Program-made: the position numbers and the translations under genes
Notes under the pieces: model-generated
Told to the model about the DNA's origin: nothing
Database searches by the model: none
The model's input: the letters and a program-made list of their open reading frames with translations, nothing else
DNA from: Aplysia californica
Taxonomy: Eukaryota
Assembly (NCBI RefSeq): GCF_000002075.1
Contig: NW_004797486.1
Coordinates: 991,806 to 1,054,240 of the forward strand
Direction: 5' to 3'
Length of the DNA stretch: 62,435 nt
Shown: positions 1-13,800 of the stretch, piece after piece
How the letters are laid out: every line of letters starts with the position of its first letter
Position numbering within the stretch: the stretch's first letter is position 1

Positions 1-245
1 CAGCACAACCAAAGGGATCCATAATGTTGGGATGTAAATATAGTTAGATCATCACAGTCAAAGTCAAACAATGGGGACAATGCTGAATGAGCAATGATCC
101 TTCACTGATCAACCATTCGTTGTTCTCCCATACACTGCGCTCTGGCCCGGAACTCGCCAGTATAAGGGAAAATGACAAATTCTCTATTACAAAACAACGG
201 AAGAGGATATGACAAAAATCTTTATCCTGTTTGGTGCAGAATTAA

Positions 246-568
246 CACTTACAGTACAGTACCGAAGGCTCATATAGTGAAAAACCCTTGGGTACTGCTC
301 CAGTTTAGAACGCTGAAGCCGTGGTAAAAATTTTTTAATCAGAAAAACATTGGCAGCCCAAGAAACAGGCTTTCAAAATTGAGAGAGGTTCATCAACCCT
401 TCAGCTATCATATAGAGTAACTTCTTTTGGTACTTACTTCAGTGCTGTGTTCCCATTCGTTGTTTAATTATGTTTAGTGTGCCTGGGTGCGTCGGTTACT
501 TAAGTCGCTAGAGGTAGTGAACACATACTAAAGCCTGGCGGCTGAAGTCGCCGACGGTACTGTAAGTG
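246..568. mobile_element. piggyBac-like MITE
   Basis: TTAA|CACTTACAGTAC ... GTACTGTAAGTG|TTGA terminal inverted repeats. Confidence 0.6.
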
Positions 569-699
569 TTGAATGCTCTCTGATATTATGTAAACTTTTT
601 TTTTTTAATTTAAAAGTTTTGACCTTTGATCATTTTCCCTATGCCTGTGAAAAAAGCATTCTCATCTCTGAGATTGATTGGAATACTTTAGTTTTAGCA

Positions 700-1180
700 A
701 ATATACCGTGTTGCAAAAGTTCTGTCACACCCACCTTCAAATTTGATTTACTGCTACAAAACATCTGTTCATTGACTGAATCAATGTCCTTATGGTTGCT
801 TGAGGAATCCCCTGCCATTCCTTGTGAAGTGCAGCCTTCAGTTCCTGGCGAGTTTGTACTGGGTGTGGCCTGTTTTTAACCTTACCGTCAAGGTCATCTT
901 TCAGATGTTCTGTTAGGGTTAAGGCCTATTAATCTTGCAGGCCAGTCCAGAACATTGATTTAATGAGTTGGAAAGAGTTTTGACTGGTCATGGCCACATG
1001 GGGTCGGGCGTTGTCGTTTTGGCACATTCCATTATCCCTGCAATGTTTACTTCAATGAAAGCTTTCCCTATCACTGGTGTTGAAGGGAGCAAGTATATTT
1101 TTTGAGCATCTAAAAGGATATTTGAAATACCCTACGAGTTAATGTAAAGAAAATGCACTTTTTCTTTTAATGTTCATTAC
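700..1180 (-). mobile_element. Degenerate Tc1-like transposon remnant
   Basis: Minus strand reads QNDNARPHVA...INVLDWPA..GLNP (Tc1 catalytic-domain motifs) with frameshifts; homologous to 28097-28500 and 53290-53440. Confidence 0.75.
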
Positions 1181-1666
1181 AAATTAATTGTCTCCCAAAG
1201 CCCAACCAGGTCCACGTCCCGGGAGGTGGAAACGGGACAAAGTAGGGGATTGCTAGGTTCAACGAAGTATGGTGTGGCTTTATGCCACTGAAACACGCAG
1301 AGTTCCTCATAAATGATTATGGAATCATTTTCTAGTTTCATCAAGTTCCCTGCTTTTTCATCCTCAGTGCAAATGACTTTGTTCTTTTCATTTATTCCAA
1401 TTCAAAAGTGTCTTGATCTGCTTATTAATGTTGTCTATCTTAGTTTATGTTGAAGGAAAAGTTGATGCCCTGAATTCACATAGAAAAAAAGGGGAAGTGT
1501 TTAAAAAAGATTTCTTTCCCTGTGGTAAATGTATGTGAAGTTAGAAACTGTGTTGTCTTTTTAGCGTTGTGTTGCAGTGCCTTCCCAGAATTTATGGCTA
1601 TTTTTTCCTCAGTGAACTGAACTTACACTGAAAGGAACTGTAAGACAAACTTGTATTTGTTCACAG

Positions 1667-1808
1667 GGCAAATTCACTTTCAAGAACGGCCGTATCTATG
1701 AAGGTCTCTTTGAGAAGGATCACATTGTAGAGTACCCAGATTTCACCATGGATGGATCTGCATCTCCTGACATGACCCAAATCCGGACCAGGACCCCGGT
1801 GCCCACAG
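1667..1808 (+). CDS. RSPH10B: RSPH10B-like exon (last MORN repeat)
   Basis: tcacag|GGC...ACA G|gtggat; GKFTFKNGRIYEGLFEKDHIVEYPDFTMDGSASPDMTQIRTRTPVPT; phase 0-1. Confidence 0.88.
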
Positions 1809-4800
1809 GTGGATTTCACCTTCTTTCTTCTTTTCAATCCTGCATACCAATGACTAAGTTTTAAGCCTGGATGGTCTACTTTATCTTGCAATCCTGCAAG
1901 CAAAATGCAAATGAATGGGAGAGAACTCACTAAAGACTTTCATGACTTTTCTTGCTTGCTGTCAGATTGATGGTAAATGTTTTACAATAGACACAATTTA
2001 GATCATTATGGAGAGTTGGTTTATTTGACCTCTACCTGTCGAGGCAAATCCGAACTGTGAAAGAAATGTCTGAGAGCAAAGAAGGAGATGTTGAATGAGG
2101 TATCATTCCCACATCTGAATTAAAAACACATCATTTGTGTGCAAGATAATCAACCTAACCTTTCAACCATCAATGTCAGGTTTAAATAAAGGGTCAGAAA
2201 TGATAGAAGCAACAAGAAGGAGACTATCATGATAGAACCAAGTAGTAGAATGATGAGATGGAAAACCTTCTGTATCAAGGCAAATAAAAAATCTGAGAAA
2301 TATTTGCCATCTTGCTCTCATCATCTCCCTTTTTAAAAAAGAAAAGACAATGTCTTCAATGAATGGGCTCAGTTGTTTTGACTGTCTATGAAACAAGAGA
2401 GTGTTTGTAAAAAACATCATATTTGTCTCGAAGTGGTGAAATCAGGCAATTTTTGGGCACATAGAGTTATCATATCATCTTAAAACTTGTTCATTTATTT
2501 TGCATTTGATGAAAAAAAATGAAATACCTATTTATGTTGAGTAGAAGTATATATATTTGCCGTTGAAGGTGGTGGGGTAGCCTGGGATGAGAGGTAAAAT
2601 AAGTGAGAAAATGGCTGCAAATTTTGGTGACTTCCAAAGCTTGAGTGTCCTTGGAAACTGTAAATTTACATTTTTGATTCCTTTAACCCTATCCATACGT
2701 CTCGTCTGTGCCACCACTTTCCAAAGAGGAAATTTACACGTTAATCCAATCCGTACACTTTGCATAGCAGTCTGTCAAAATGATTTTTTTGAGAAATATT
2801 GAAAGTTTCAAAGAGATCTTTGTACTATAAGTATTCTAAAATGTGAAGAATACAACCCCAGGGGTACAAAATGACCCCAGGGCGTACGGATAAGGTTAAT
2901 GAATATTTTTCGGTAACATCCACACAGAAATGCGTTTTGAAAAGGACATAAAAGGTTGTTTAGCCAAAAAAATATTTAAAAATTTAATTGCCAAACACCC
3001 AGAAAAACTCTAGTTTCTTTGATTCCATTGTTTTGATAATGTGATTTCACCGAGCTGCCTCATGTATTTTTATCACTATCAAAATGAAATCAAGTACAGT
3101 CGAACCTGTGTAAGACGGAATCGCAAGGGAGCAGGGAAAAAATTCCGTCTTAGACATTTTGATAGGGGAATTTAGGGGAGGGGGGGGGATTCAAAGACCC
3201 AGCCAGTGGGATCAAGGATCGCTTGTCCGATCGGCAAGCAGTGGTCAAAACTTCACACCCCTCAACTGCTATCCTGTCTGATAAGGACATGCGTCAGTTT
3301 TACTTATCCAATTACCAACAGTGCTTGCCTTTCATAGGACTACTGTTTGACCTATTAAAAACAGAAACGTTTGAACATCTCCTTTGCTTCCACCCTTAGC
3401 CCCACCCACCAATGCCACCCCTCACTGCCATCATTGTAACAACGATTTGAGGAACTCTTTTCTCAGCTGGCCGTAGGATCAGGGCGGCAGGCATTGGTCT
3501 ATCTAATATCACACCTCTGGCTTCTGGCTACCCAGGAAAGTTTCCATAGTGGCTCGCTACTCCAGCACTCTCACGGGCAGTCGTGAGATTTCACACCCAC
3601 ACTACACTGACCATCTACCGCCAAATTGCACCCCTACTCCCCTTCCTGGCCCAGCGGCACGACCATAGCGCTAAGTTTAGAGCCGACGGAATCAAACTTG
3701 CGAGTTTTGTTTCAAGTCAGGGTTGAACGGGCAAAGCATTTTCCATCTTAGACAGGTGAAACCCTCGGAAGGGAGCGGATTTTTCTTTCCATTTCCGCGT
3801 TGGACAGGTTTCCTTTTTATACAGGTAATCAAAGAGGAATATATCAAGGGGGGAGCAGGGAGATTCCGTTAAGACAGGTTTCCGTTTTATACAGGTTTCC
3901 GTTAAGGCAAGTTCGACTGTAATTGTTTTATCCATTTGGGTCTGACAAACATCAGGATTTTTCAGTCAAAATGGCAGGTTATAGCAAGCAAAATTTTGTG
4001 TAAGTTTGTTGAATAGAACATTCTGGATCGAATTCTTCTCTAGAAAGCCCTTGTATTGTAGCTAGTTTATTCAGCTCTAAAATGATTTTTTGCATACACC
4101 CTTTCCTTTCATGTTGGAGTAAATGAAAAAACAGTTCTGACCAAAATTTCTTTTATGTTATGGAGGTGATAGTTCTAAATTATGGACAGTTTTCTCATGA
4201 TATTAAAAATGATATAACTTAAGAGCTAGTCTGCCAATAGAGGCCGAATCTTGATTTTTAAATCTAATTATGGTGTTTTGATGATAATGGACATGGCCCA
4301 CTTGATATCCGTCAAAGGCGCACAACTGAAAGAAAAACAATAATTCTTTTGAAATAAAAAACGTTGAAAAACACGAGGGAGATAAACAAAAGTTGAGAAC
4401 TGTATGCTTGTATAATTTATAGTCAAATCAGGACTACGTAGTTTTATCATTTGTCAAATAAATTTGCACTTTCGTTTTCAATTTTTGAAGAAACGTAATT
4501 CAACTACAGAAATGGGGATGTTCGAGTGTCTTTTTCTGAATTCAGCCATCGGTAATTTTCTTGAAGTTTTACTACCAATTTCACCAATTATCCTTGGTGG
4601 CAAAAAGTTTTTACAATCAATTTCCCCCTTTATCCCTGATGACAGATAATGTGTCTGTCCACTCCAATGATAGCAAGAACACAGTCAGTCCGAGCTTCCA
4701 ACTTGAGATCCACACTCTTCTGGCCACACTACCTGCAGATGATGTGGAGCATGAGGTCAGCCAGGTAAGAAGAAACATTTCTTTCTTTGTTAAAAGATGG

Positions 4801-7800
4801 TCCTGGAGACTTCACATTTCATAAGACATAACATTTTCTCAAAAGTTTCCAGAGTCATGGATAGGCCTACTTAAAATTTGGTGCTACGATTGTTTCTGTT
4901 TTTTGCTTAATGATGTAGGTTCTTTCTTTTGTACATGATTTAAGCTTTTTTTACTGTCTCCTAACGGACTGATATGTGCTTCTCTGTTTGAAAAACCAAG
5001 AGCCTGTAGAATTTGATGCAGGATTAGTTTCCGAGGACAGATCTCAGTATGTAAAAGATGATTCTGGTGCCCTTTTTAAAGACCATTGTGAATGTGCAAT
5101 GAATAACTTCTATTGGAAATATATGTTTGTCATTTAAGATTTCTCATTTCACTTTTTGAAGGTTATGTTCCCAGGAGAACAGATGTGAGGCAGCATGGTA
5201 AAATGAGACTTCGTCAAAATGCTTGAACGGAATAAATCTGCATTTTTCTGCTCGTTTAGCAATTTTTATAGAATTTTTCTTTATTGGCTCAACACATTTT
5301 TTGTCCATAAGCACATTTGTGTCTGGCGTTCTTTAAAAAATGATTAAAAGACACAAAAAGTGTAATTTTGCAGTTTCAAGCACTCTCAAGCTTTGGAAGT
5401 CTGCTAACTTTGGTAGCCATTTTCTTACTATTTTCACATCTGTAATTAGGTGACCCCCACCTCCTTCAGTCGCATATTTCTTGACTTCTATTCAAGATAG
5501 ATAAAACAAAATTTTCATCGAAAGCAAAACATATGCACAAGCCTGAAGATGATAGCAATAGCTCCACTTGCCCAAAAATTGACGAGCGCCGGATTCCATC
5601 GCGCTGTGACTCCAATCTCTTGGACCTGTTGACATCTGCCTTGAAACAATTTAAAGGCTTGCGGAAACAATGTCATGCTGTAGTCACTACTTAGCCATGT
5701 CAGAAAGTTGTCTGGGAAAATCCTTGAAAGTAGAGTAATACACGTAGAGTAAGGAACCTGAGCAATAATAATATGTGAGGCTTTTTTACTTTTACTTTTT
5801 CATCCTCTGTTGCCGTTAAATTCGAAGGGAAATGCAGTTTTTTATGGTAAGCCAGCTCCGCAGTTCTTTCAGTTGTGATATTATGTTTTCTCAGGGTTTC
5901 CTTGACACCCTCAATTCACCTTTTGGCCTTCCTCTTCCTTTATAGCCTGAGTGCTTGGTGTCGTAGGCTCTCGAGGCTGGCTGGCCAGGTGACATACGTA
6001 ACAGGTGGCCAAACCATTTTATTCTCTGTCATCAGGGGCCTGGCATTGTGTCCTTGTGAAACACCCTCTTCACAAATTTTCCTCACTTCACTCAGGTGGA
6101 AATGAGTATCTGTTATTGACAGTGAAAGATCTTGTCAGTTTGTTCGTTTGAGAGTTTATTAGCTGTTTACTCCGAATGTTTCCATGGAAGCAGAAAATGT
6201 TTCTGAGATTTCCAGGGTCTGCTGAGGTAATAATATAAGTTGTAAAGCAGCTGTATAGTGTTTGCTGTTGAACTGGGATGTGCCCTGTATAAATGCTGAA
6301 TGCTATTTATTATTATTTGTCTTTGTAGGTTCTCTACTCCATCACACGCCATGTGAGTGCCTTACGTCGCATTTACACCTACTACAGTATGCTTGGCTAT
6401 GAGGAGAGCCCAGACAACACATTCATTATGAACAAGATGCAGTTCTGGCGGTTCCTCAAAGATATCCACCTTCACCATGACCGGCATATGCTCACAGACA
6501 TGGACAGATTGATTGGGGCCAGTAAGTTTAGCTTACATCATTGTTATGCATAACAAATAGTTTGTAACAACTCGCTCCCCTGAGTTGTCGTTGATATTGT
6601 TCAACTTCTCTAATTTTTAAGTGTAATGTATAATATACTTTAGCTTATGTAGTTCTGTTGCTGGCCTGCTCATGAAGTCCTAACCCTAAACCGACCTTGT
6701 GAGGGTTAATTGTTCGAATGCATGAAGCATGCTTGTAATGCAGCAGCCTCTCATGATGCTTTTTATCCAACGGTGAAGAATATGGATGTCGTGCTCACGA
6801 CAAGATACATTCAAATTAAGGCCCCACATAGGTTTTTGTGGGTCAGTTTGGGTCCAAACAATGTTTTTGGGGTTTTGAGGAACTTTCCTTAATATTATGT
6901 GCAAAATCAAATGGAAGTACTCCCAAAGCTCTATTTCAAATGAATAGCTCCATAAAGTTTGTAACATTGTGAGCCTATACAATGCTTTAAAGCAATATTG
7001 AGATGTTTTTGCTCCTTTCCTCAAAATGTTAATTTCTTGGCTTTAAAAGCTAAAAATTAAAAAAACATTCAAGATAAAGACATGAAATTTCTAGGGTAAG
7101 TGCGCTGTGCAATTCAAAATAGAATGAGTCTAGCTTTTTGAAATTTAAAAAAAAAATATTTTACATTATTTTCCTACTTTGCTATTTTGACTATTTTTGT
7201 CATTTGCAAGTCTTCTAAAAGTAATACAATGATTAATATTAACAATTTCTAGAAAAGCTAGCGTCATTTTCTTAAGATTTGTGTGTAGATTACAAATATG
7301 TATTTAGTTCATAGATAGCATTGAGGATTTTTGAGTTTTTAGCTTTTGAAAAAAGGTCCTTCAGATAGGCCGGTTTCACTCTAATTTGCAATTTCTGTGA
7401 TTATGTAACTGGTAATAATTCCCAAAACTGAATATTTTTAATCCTTGAATGGAAAACTTTGAGAAAATGAGGAAAAACAAGTGAAAATAACTTAATCGTA
7501 GATTTTGATGCTAAGAAATAGAGTGTGGCCTTACAAATTTAAAAAGTGCAAATTTATTGGGTTGCTCTTTAAATTTCTTTGCCTTTTCTTGTCATTTTCC
7601 CGGATTCTCCATCTTTATTTTTGTAGCAAAATTTGTGCAGGATGAGTTGCTACTGGTTTTTTGTTCCCTGCAATTGTCCAACCAAATGTGTTTTTTTTCT
7701 TTCTGATTTAGTTTGAGAAACATTTAGTGTTTATCCCATATTATTTTTTTAGATATTTTTGATGAATACCCTCATATAGGTGTTGTTTTTTGACATTTTA

Positions 7801-10800
7801 GCCTCTTTTATAAAGTCTTTTTCATCTTAAAAAAAAAAGACTTAATAAGAGTTTAACAGCCCTTGCAACACGAATGCATCATATAAGTGCCAAAGATTAG
7901 AGGTGTTACTTAAGTAACGTACAAAGAAGAAAAAGAGGACATATTAGGAGGATAGATGTTTTATAAGAAAGAAGGAGCAAACCACACCAAGGCAACCACC
8001 AACCACCCACTTTTTATCTGTGTCATTAGATTTGAGTGGATTGCCATATGGGTAGGACTTGACTAGAAGTGTACTTGCACACTGTAATTGAGTACTTTTT
8101 TGGCTGTCTGCATTTAATTCCCTGGTTTGTGTGTCTGTCCACAATTCTTTCAACTGGTTTTCAGTCATTCTTACTCTCTTACAAGTTGCCTATGTGCTAT
8201 ATCAACTGTATTGTTTATGACTTTTGCCTACAGATTATCACAAGTCTAACTATGAGTTGCACAACCCATATGAAAAGATTCTCCAAAGGCAATTTGTCAA
8301 CTATCTGGTGATCCTTGCTCATCTTGTCTATAAACAGGACTACAAGGAAAAGAAGTGAGTGAATTGGCCACATCGTTTGTTTTGTTGCTTTATTCCCTTG
8401 AGATTTAAAAAAAAATTCATTGTACTGTAGCGTTTTTGTCATGACCAATCATTTGTGTCACGACGCGGTGGAATCAGGCTCTCGTTAATTTTGGGGCACA
8501 TGGAGTTATTGGTATCATCTAAAAGCTCGTTTATTCGCCTTGCTTTCACTAAAAAAAGTACCCATCTATCTTAAAAAGACTTCGAGATATTTGCGATTGA
8601 AGGCGATGAGGTCACCTGATTTCAGTGGTAAAGTTAGCAAGAAAATGGCTGCCAATGTTTAATCATTTTAATAGCCTGAGAGTCCGTTAAAACGATGATA
8701 TTTCATATTTTGTGCCTTTAATCAACTTTTTTCAGTCAAATTAACATGGAAATATGTTTTTATATGGACACAAAAGGGGTTGAGCCGAAGAACCAAAATT
8801 CAATAAAAAGTGCCAAACTGACGGAAAAATGCCTGTTCCTTCGATTTCATTATTTTGACGAGCGCCTGATTTCACCATGATGCCTCACATTTTGTAAAAT
8901 AAGGTATCTTACGTAGATCTTTGTAGAGCATTGCTTTATCAAATGCGGATTATTTTGAACTGATTTGTTTAGAATAAAAGATATCTTGTCTGAATGCTTA
9001 AAAAGAAGAACTGAAATGTTTAAAATTGTACTTTAAAATGGTTATAAAATAAGCCATGAGCCCCAATACTGTCAACCTTGAATTAAATGTTAGTGAAGAT
9101 CCCAGAATCTATTATCAAATAGCTAGTTTTGTTATCATTCCAGTTGTCCAATTTACACTGACGTTATCTTTCATTTCAAATTTTATACTTAAGTCAATCT
9201 ATCCTTGCACTGATCTGTCACATTGCCAAGAACATTTTTAAAAAATTAATTGAAAATTCTCAAGCAAGATCATTCTATATCTGTTGATTTTTTTGTTTTT
9301 AGAAATGAAGATATTATGTTTTTATGGTGGGATAACAACCATTTTTGGTTTAACTTTAATATTTTCAGTGAATCTGGCCCCATCTTGGAATACTGTTTCT
9401 CTCGCCTCATCACTGAGAAGGTCCTGAGATTTGCATGCATGGTGAAGAGTAAGTAGTAGGCTTTGTTCTGCAGAAAATGGCATTTTTTATTTGATAAAGA
9501 TATATAAAGATAACTGGTTGAAAAAAAATGAGTGATTTATCATGTTATTTCATTATATTCCTGTGTATCGGCTAGTTTGCTCAGTGCTTCTTCAGATAAT
9601 AAAGTAGTTCATTGCCCTTACTTATATATAATATCTCATTAAATGTATTGTAGAGGTTTTCTCTTTCATTGCAGCTTGCATTTTTTCTGTAATAAAATTA
9701 GGCTCAGGGACTTATGTGTGGTTAGGAACTACAAATTTAATCAAAAGTAGGACTTCATCTAATTGCATTAAAGCTGATATACTTATGGAATTTCAAAGGG
9801 ATGGAAGCTTTTTGGCAAGTGATTGATATATCTGACCAATACATACTTTTACTTTCCCAGGTCCTATTTATTGTGAGACGCGTAGAGCCACAAATGCGCT
9901 TGTACATATGGATCAGGCTTATGAAATCTATCAAGGCATTAGTACCCTTCGGAAGGTAAGGGTCTAATACCATTTGATGTATGAGAATGTATTTTTGCCA
10001 GACTCCTATTATTTCTCTTTAAAAAATTAAGTAATCAGAGTAATACATGCTGATTTTCAATTGAAAAATAATCTTCGGAAAGATATGTGAGGCATTGTGG
10101 TGAAATCAGATGCTAGTCAAAATGATGAAATCAAAGAGACTGTCATTTTTCTGCCTGATGGGCATTTTTTTTCAGATTTTCTTTTTATGGCTCACCACAT
10201 TTAGTGTTCATTTCAAAACACATTTCTGTGTGGATTTTACTGATCAAAGGCACAAAAAATGTAAATTTGCTGTTTCCAGTGACACTCAAGCTTTTGAAGT
10301 CACTAAACTTTGGCAGCCATTTTCTCGCTAATTTGACCTCTGACACCATGTGCAGGCGACCTTCCTCTCCTTCAATCTGAAATATCTTAATTTCTATTCA
10401 GGATAGATGGGCATTTTTTTTCATCAAAAGCAAGACAAAGAACAAGCTTTAAGAGGATAGGCCCTACCAATAACTCCATATGCCAACAAATTGTTGAGTA
10501 CCTGATTCCACTGTGTGGTGACACATATATAACTAGCGCAAAAATGTAATAATCAGGCATATTATAGTTAGAGGTTTGAACTGTCTCACAGAATTCAGCG
10601 ACATTGGAAATTTAAACAACGCTGAGTTTTCTTTGATTTAAAATGAAATTTTTTGTCTGCATTGATAATTTTCAAAAAGATCAAATAGATCTGATCACTT
10701 TGATTCCTCTCTTTTTTCAGCATGCTCCGAGGGAACCGATGCTGAAAATGAGAAATTTTATGTTTTTGCTCAAGGTAAGATGGATTGTTGTAACTGTAGA

Positions 10801-13800
10801 AATGTTGATCAAGGACTCTTTACTACTGTATTTTAAATGCACACCAACTCAAAGTATTAAAGATTTGAACTCTGTATTTGACTATTCAGTTATAATCGCA
10901 ACGTGTTCTGTTCTGTGCCCTTTGTTTGAGTCTTATGATAATGTTGCATCTATTTTTCAGCTGTTCTGTCAAATCATCTCTTTGTTTAGAACAGCATCTA
11001 GTGTAATTTCCTCAAAGATAGTTGGATTGATATACTTCTTTATCAGCCTCCATCCTCTCTTTGTTTTTCATGCACAGAAGAGCTTGGAAAGTTAAACCTT
11101 AATTCTTTAACCATGCAATTTATAATCACGTTTCTGCGTAGTTCTCTCGTGTTTGTGGAAATGTTACCCAACATATTACGTTTTTAAAAACGTTCGTTTC
11201 ATGTCAAACTGATCAATAAAGCATTGCCCAGACGTAGAATTCATTTATCTTTGACTTCCGGGTCAAACTAAAGGCTTGTTAGCTTGTACTTTTTTATATT
11301 TGGCCCGTACCATAATACAATAATAACTTTGCATCGGACGGTGGTACCGTCCACCCATGGTTACAGATCTGGACTACTGGACACTGCCACCGTCCAGACA
11401 TGATTAAAGAGTTAATGAACAAATTTTTTTTTTTGGGATTCAGGAACTTGGTCTTGTGAATCAGGACCTGACTCCAGCAAAGATTCTGGAGGTTCTTGGC
11501 TCTGACAATCCTGGAGTCAGTGATGGGGAGGGTTGTTACAACCTAGAACTGGAGGTAAGAAATATTTTGAAGTTAATCTTGCATTTTTTTCAGTGGTGCC
11601 TTTTCCATTTACTGCTGTCTTTCAATTAACCCCTTGGTGACACAGGGTCAGTGTGTGCTTTACCGTACACGATTTTGGGTCCCCAGGGACACAGAGTAGC
11701 ACTAGATTTAGTGGTCAGTCTACTATAATTAGACCCGATTCACAAATATCATATACTGGATAAACTGGCGATCAAAAGAAAGGTAGCCTACCATTATTTG
11801 ATTGTGTTTAAAAAATCTAGTCCTATGAGTCTTTACGATTTTCCTTTCATGTGAGTAATAGTAGGTAGTCTTAAAAGTATGTCAAGCTATAGAAATAAAA
11901 TTTTTGTGCTTGAATTAGTGTTCACAGCATGAACATCAAAAAATAGAAAATTGGCAATTTCTATGGAACATGTCATGGCGGATTTTTTTCTATTCTTTCA
12001 TTGCTTATTGAATTACAGGTCTCTGTTTATAAAAAAACGCAATAACATTTGATCCTTGTCACCCAGGAAAATAGGTTGGACTCAACATCAGAGAAATTGA
12101 AGCATCGGCATGCTTCTTGCTTCTCTGCTGTTGTCGGGACATTTAACGACATCAGAAAAAAACTGAAGTTGAATGTCCTGGCAACACAGAAACATGTTAT
12201 TGTAGTTTTTGATAAACAAATACCTAAACTTCATTAAAAAGGAAAGAATACAAAAAATCCACCACGTGGTCGGGAAAAAAAAGTTTCATTGTTTGACAGT
12301 GGTGTTGTGAACACTAATTGAAGCACAAAAATGATATTGTAAATAGACTACTTAGTATTAATCATGTGAGAGGAAAAGCTCAAAGACTCAAAAGACTAGA
12401 TTTTATACAATCAAAAAGTGGTCCCCCTTTTTTGATCGCCAGTATTCAAAATTTTAGTGCATATAGAATTGTAGTATCCTGTTCATGTATGAGACATTTA
12501 ATCATTGCTCATTTGTATCTTTATTCAGATGACCTTTTTGGAGTTCTTCGAAGCTCTGGTTGGATGTGCAGAAGTTTTTGTTACGGAGAATGTGGTGAAG
12601 GATCCTACAACTCCTCGGCCTAGCACTGCTATGACACATGATCCCAGCATGTACTCAGTGCCTGCTTCACCCTCTCGCATGACCAGCCAGGTATGTAGCG
12701 TTTTACGGATGATGAGAAAAAGAAATTGAAATAGTATTTTGCAATATTGTGTCCTTTCTGTAAGATACTGTATCTCCCCTCAACACTTAAAATGTGTTTG
12801 CAAAGGTACATAAAATTAGTTTTACACATAATATTATATCTCCTTCGATAGAAGGCTCACAAGATTTCACAGTAATTTTCTTTCTCTTAAGATTACATTT
12901 CATTGTACATATATATTATATGAATAGAGAAAAGGAAAATTTGCCTATAAACTGTTTTTAACTGTTTCAGTAGACTCATATCCTCCAGAGATATTTGGCC
13001 TTGTGGAAAAAAAACAAAAAAACCCAGCAGTCAGTCAGTCACTCTCTCTAGCTTCTTCTTCCTCCACACCCTTGATCTTAAGGTACGAGTAGAAACGATT
13101 GTGCACATAGTCTTCTTGGATTCTTGGATAAGGACAAAAATTTTGAAGGTCCAATGTGCACGTTGGGCTCATTGAAGAGAATTGCAGAAAGAGTAGGCCA
13201 TAAATCTGCAACCGGGGCACAATATAAAATTCAGAAATTTCCCACTGACCATAAGAAAAATCCCTATATCTGTAAAAATGTTAAGGTAAACCCTTACATC
13301 TTACTTGATTCCAAATATATTGACCATGTCTCTCCCATGGAGCACATCAAGGCGGTCAAAATCCGAAGGGAGGGGAATAATAGGCATACTTGGGTAATCT
13401 ACATCCTGTATGTCTGCTTCTCAGGGAAAGCTGTTCGCATATTTGCTTTTATTCACTTGTCAAAATGCAAAAAGGCCATAGATTTGGTAATGATCTAGAA
13501 GCTATTACATGTTAGTAAAACTGCAGAGATGATTTTTAAAGTTTTAGATGTTCTTACCAAAATTTTTCAACTTTGGAAATAAATAATGAGATTGTTGAGG
13601 TCACTCAGGCATACAGATAATTAGGAATCACTATAGACAACAAGCTATTGTGGAGCAAACATGTTGACAGTATCTTTAAAAAAAGGTTAATCAGAGGCTG
13701 CATTTTTGAAAGAAAATGATTGAGATCATCATCATCCAGTGCCAGATCTGCCACAGACATTGGCGAGCATGGTTCTCCATTCATATCTTTGCTCAGATGT

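Noticed and set aside
10643-11095. 150-aa ORF as a standalone gene
   Set aside because: Only 10721-10774 is the real RSPH10B exon; the rest is intron read-through
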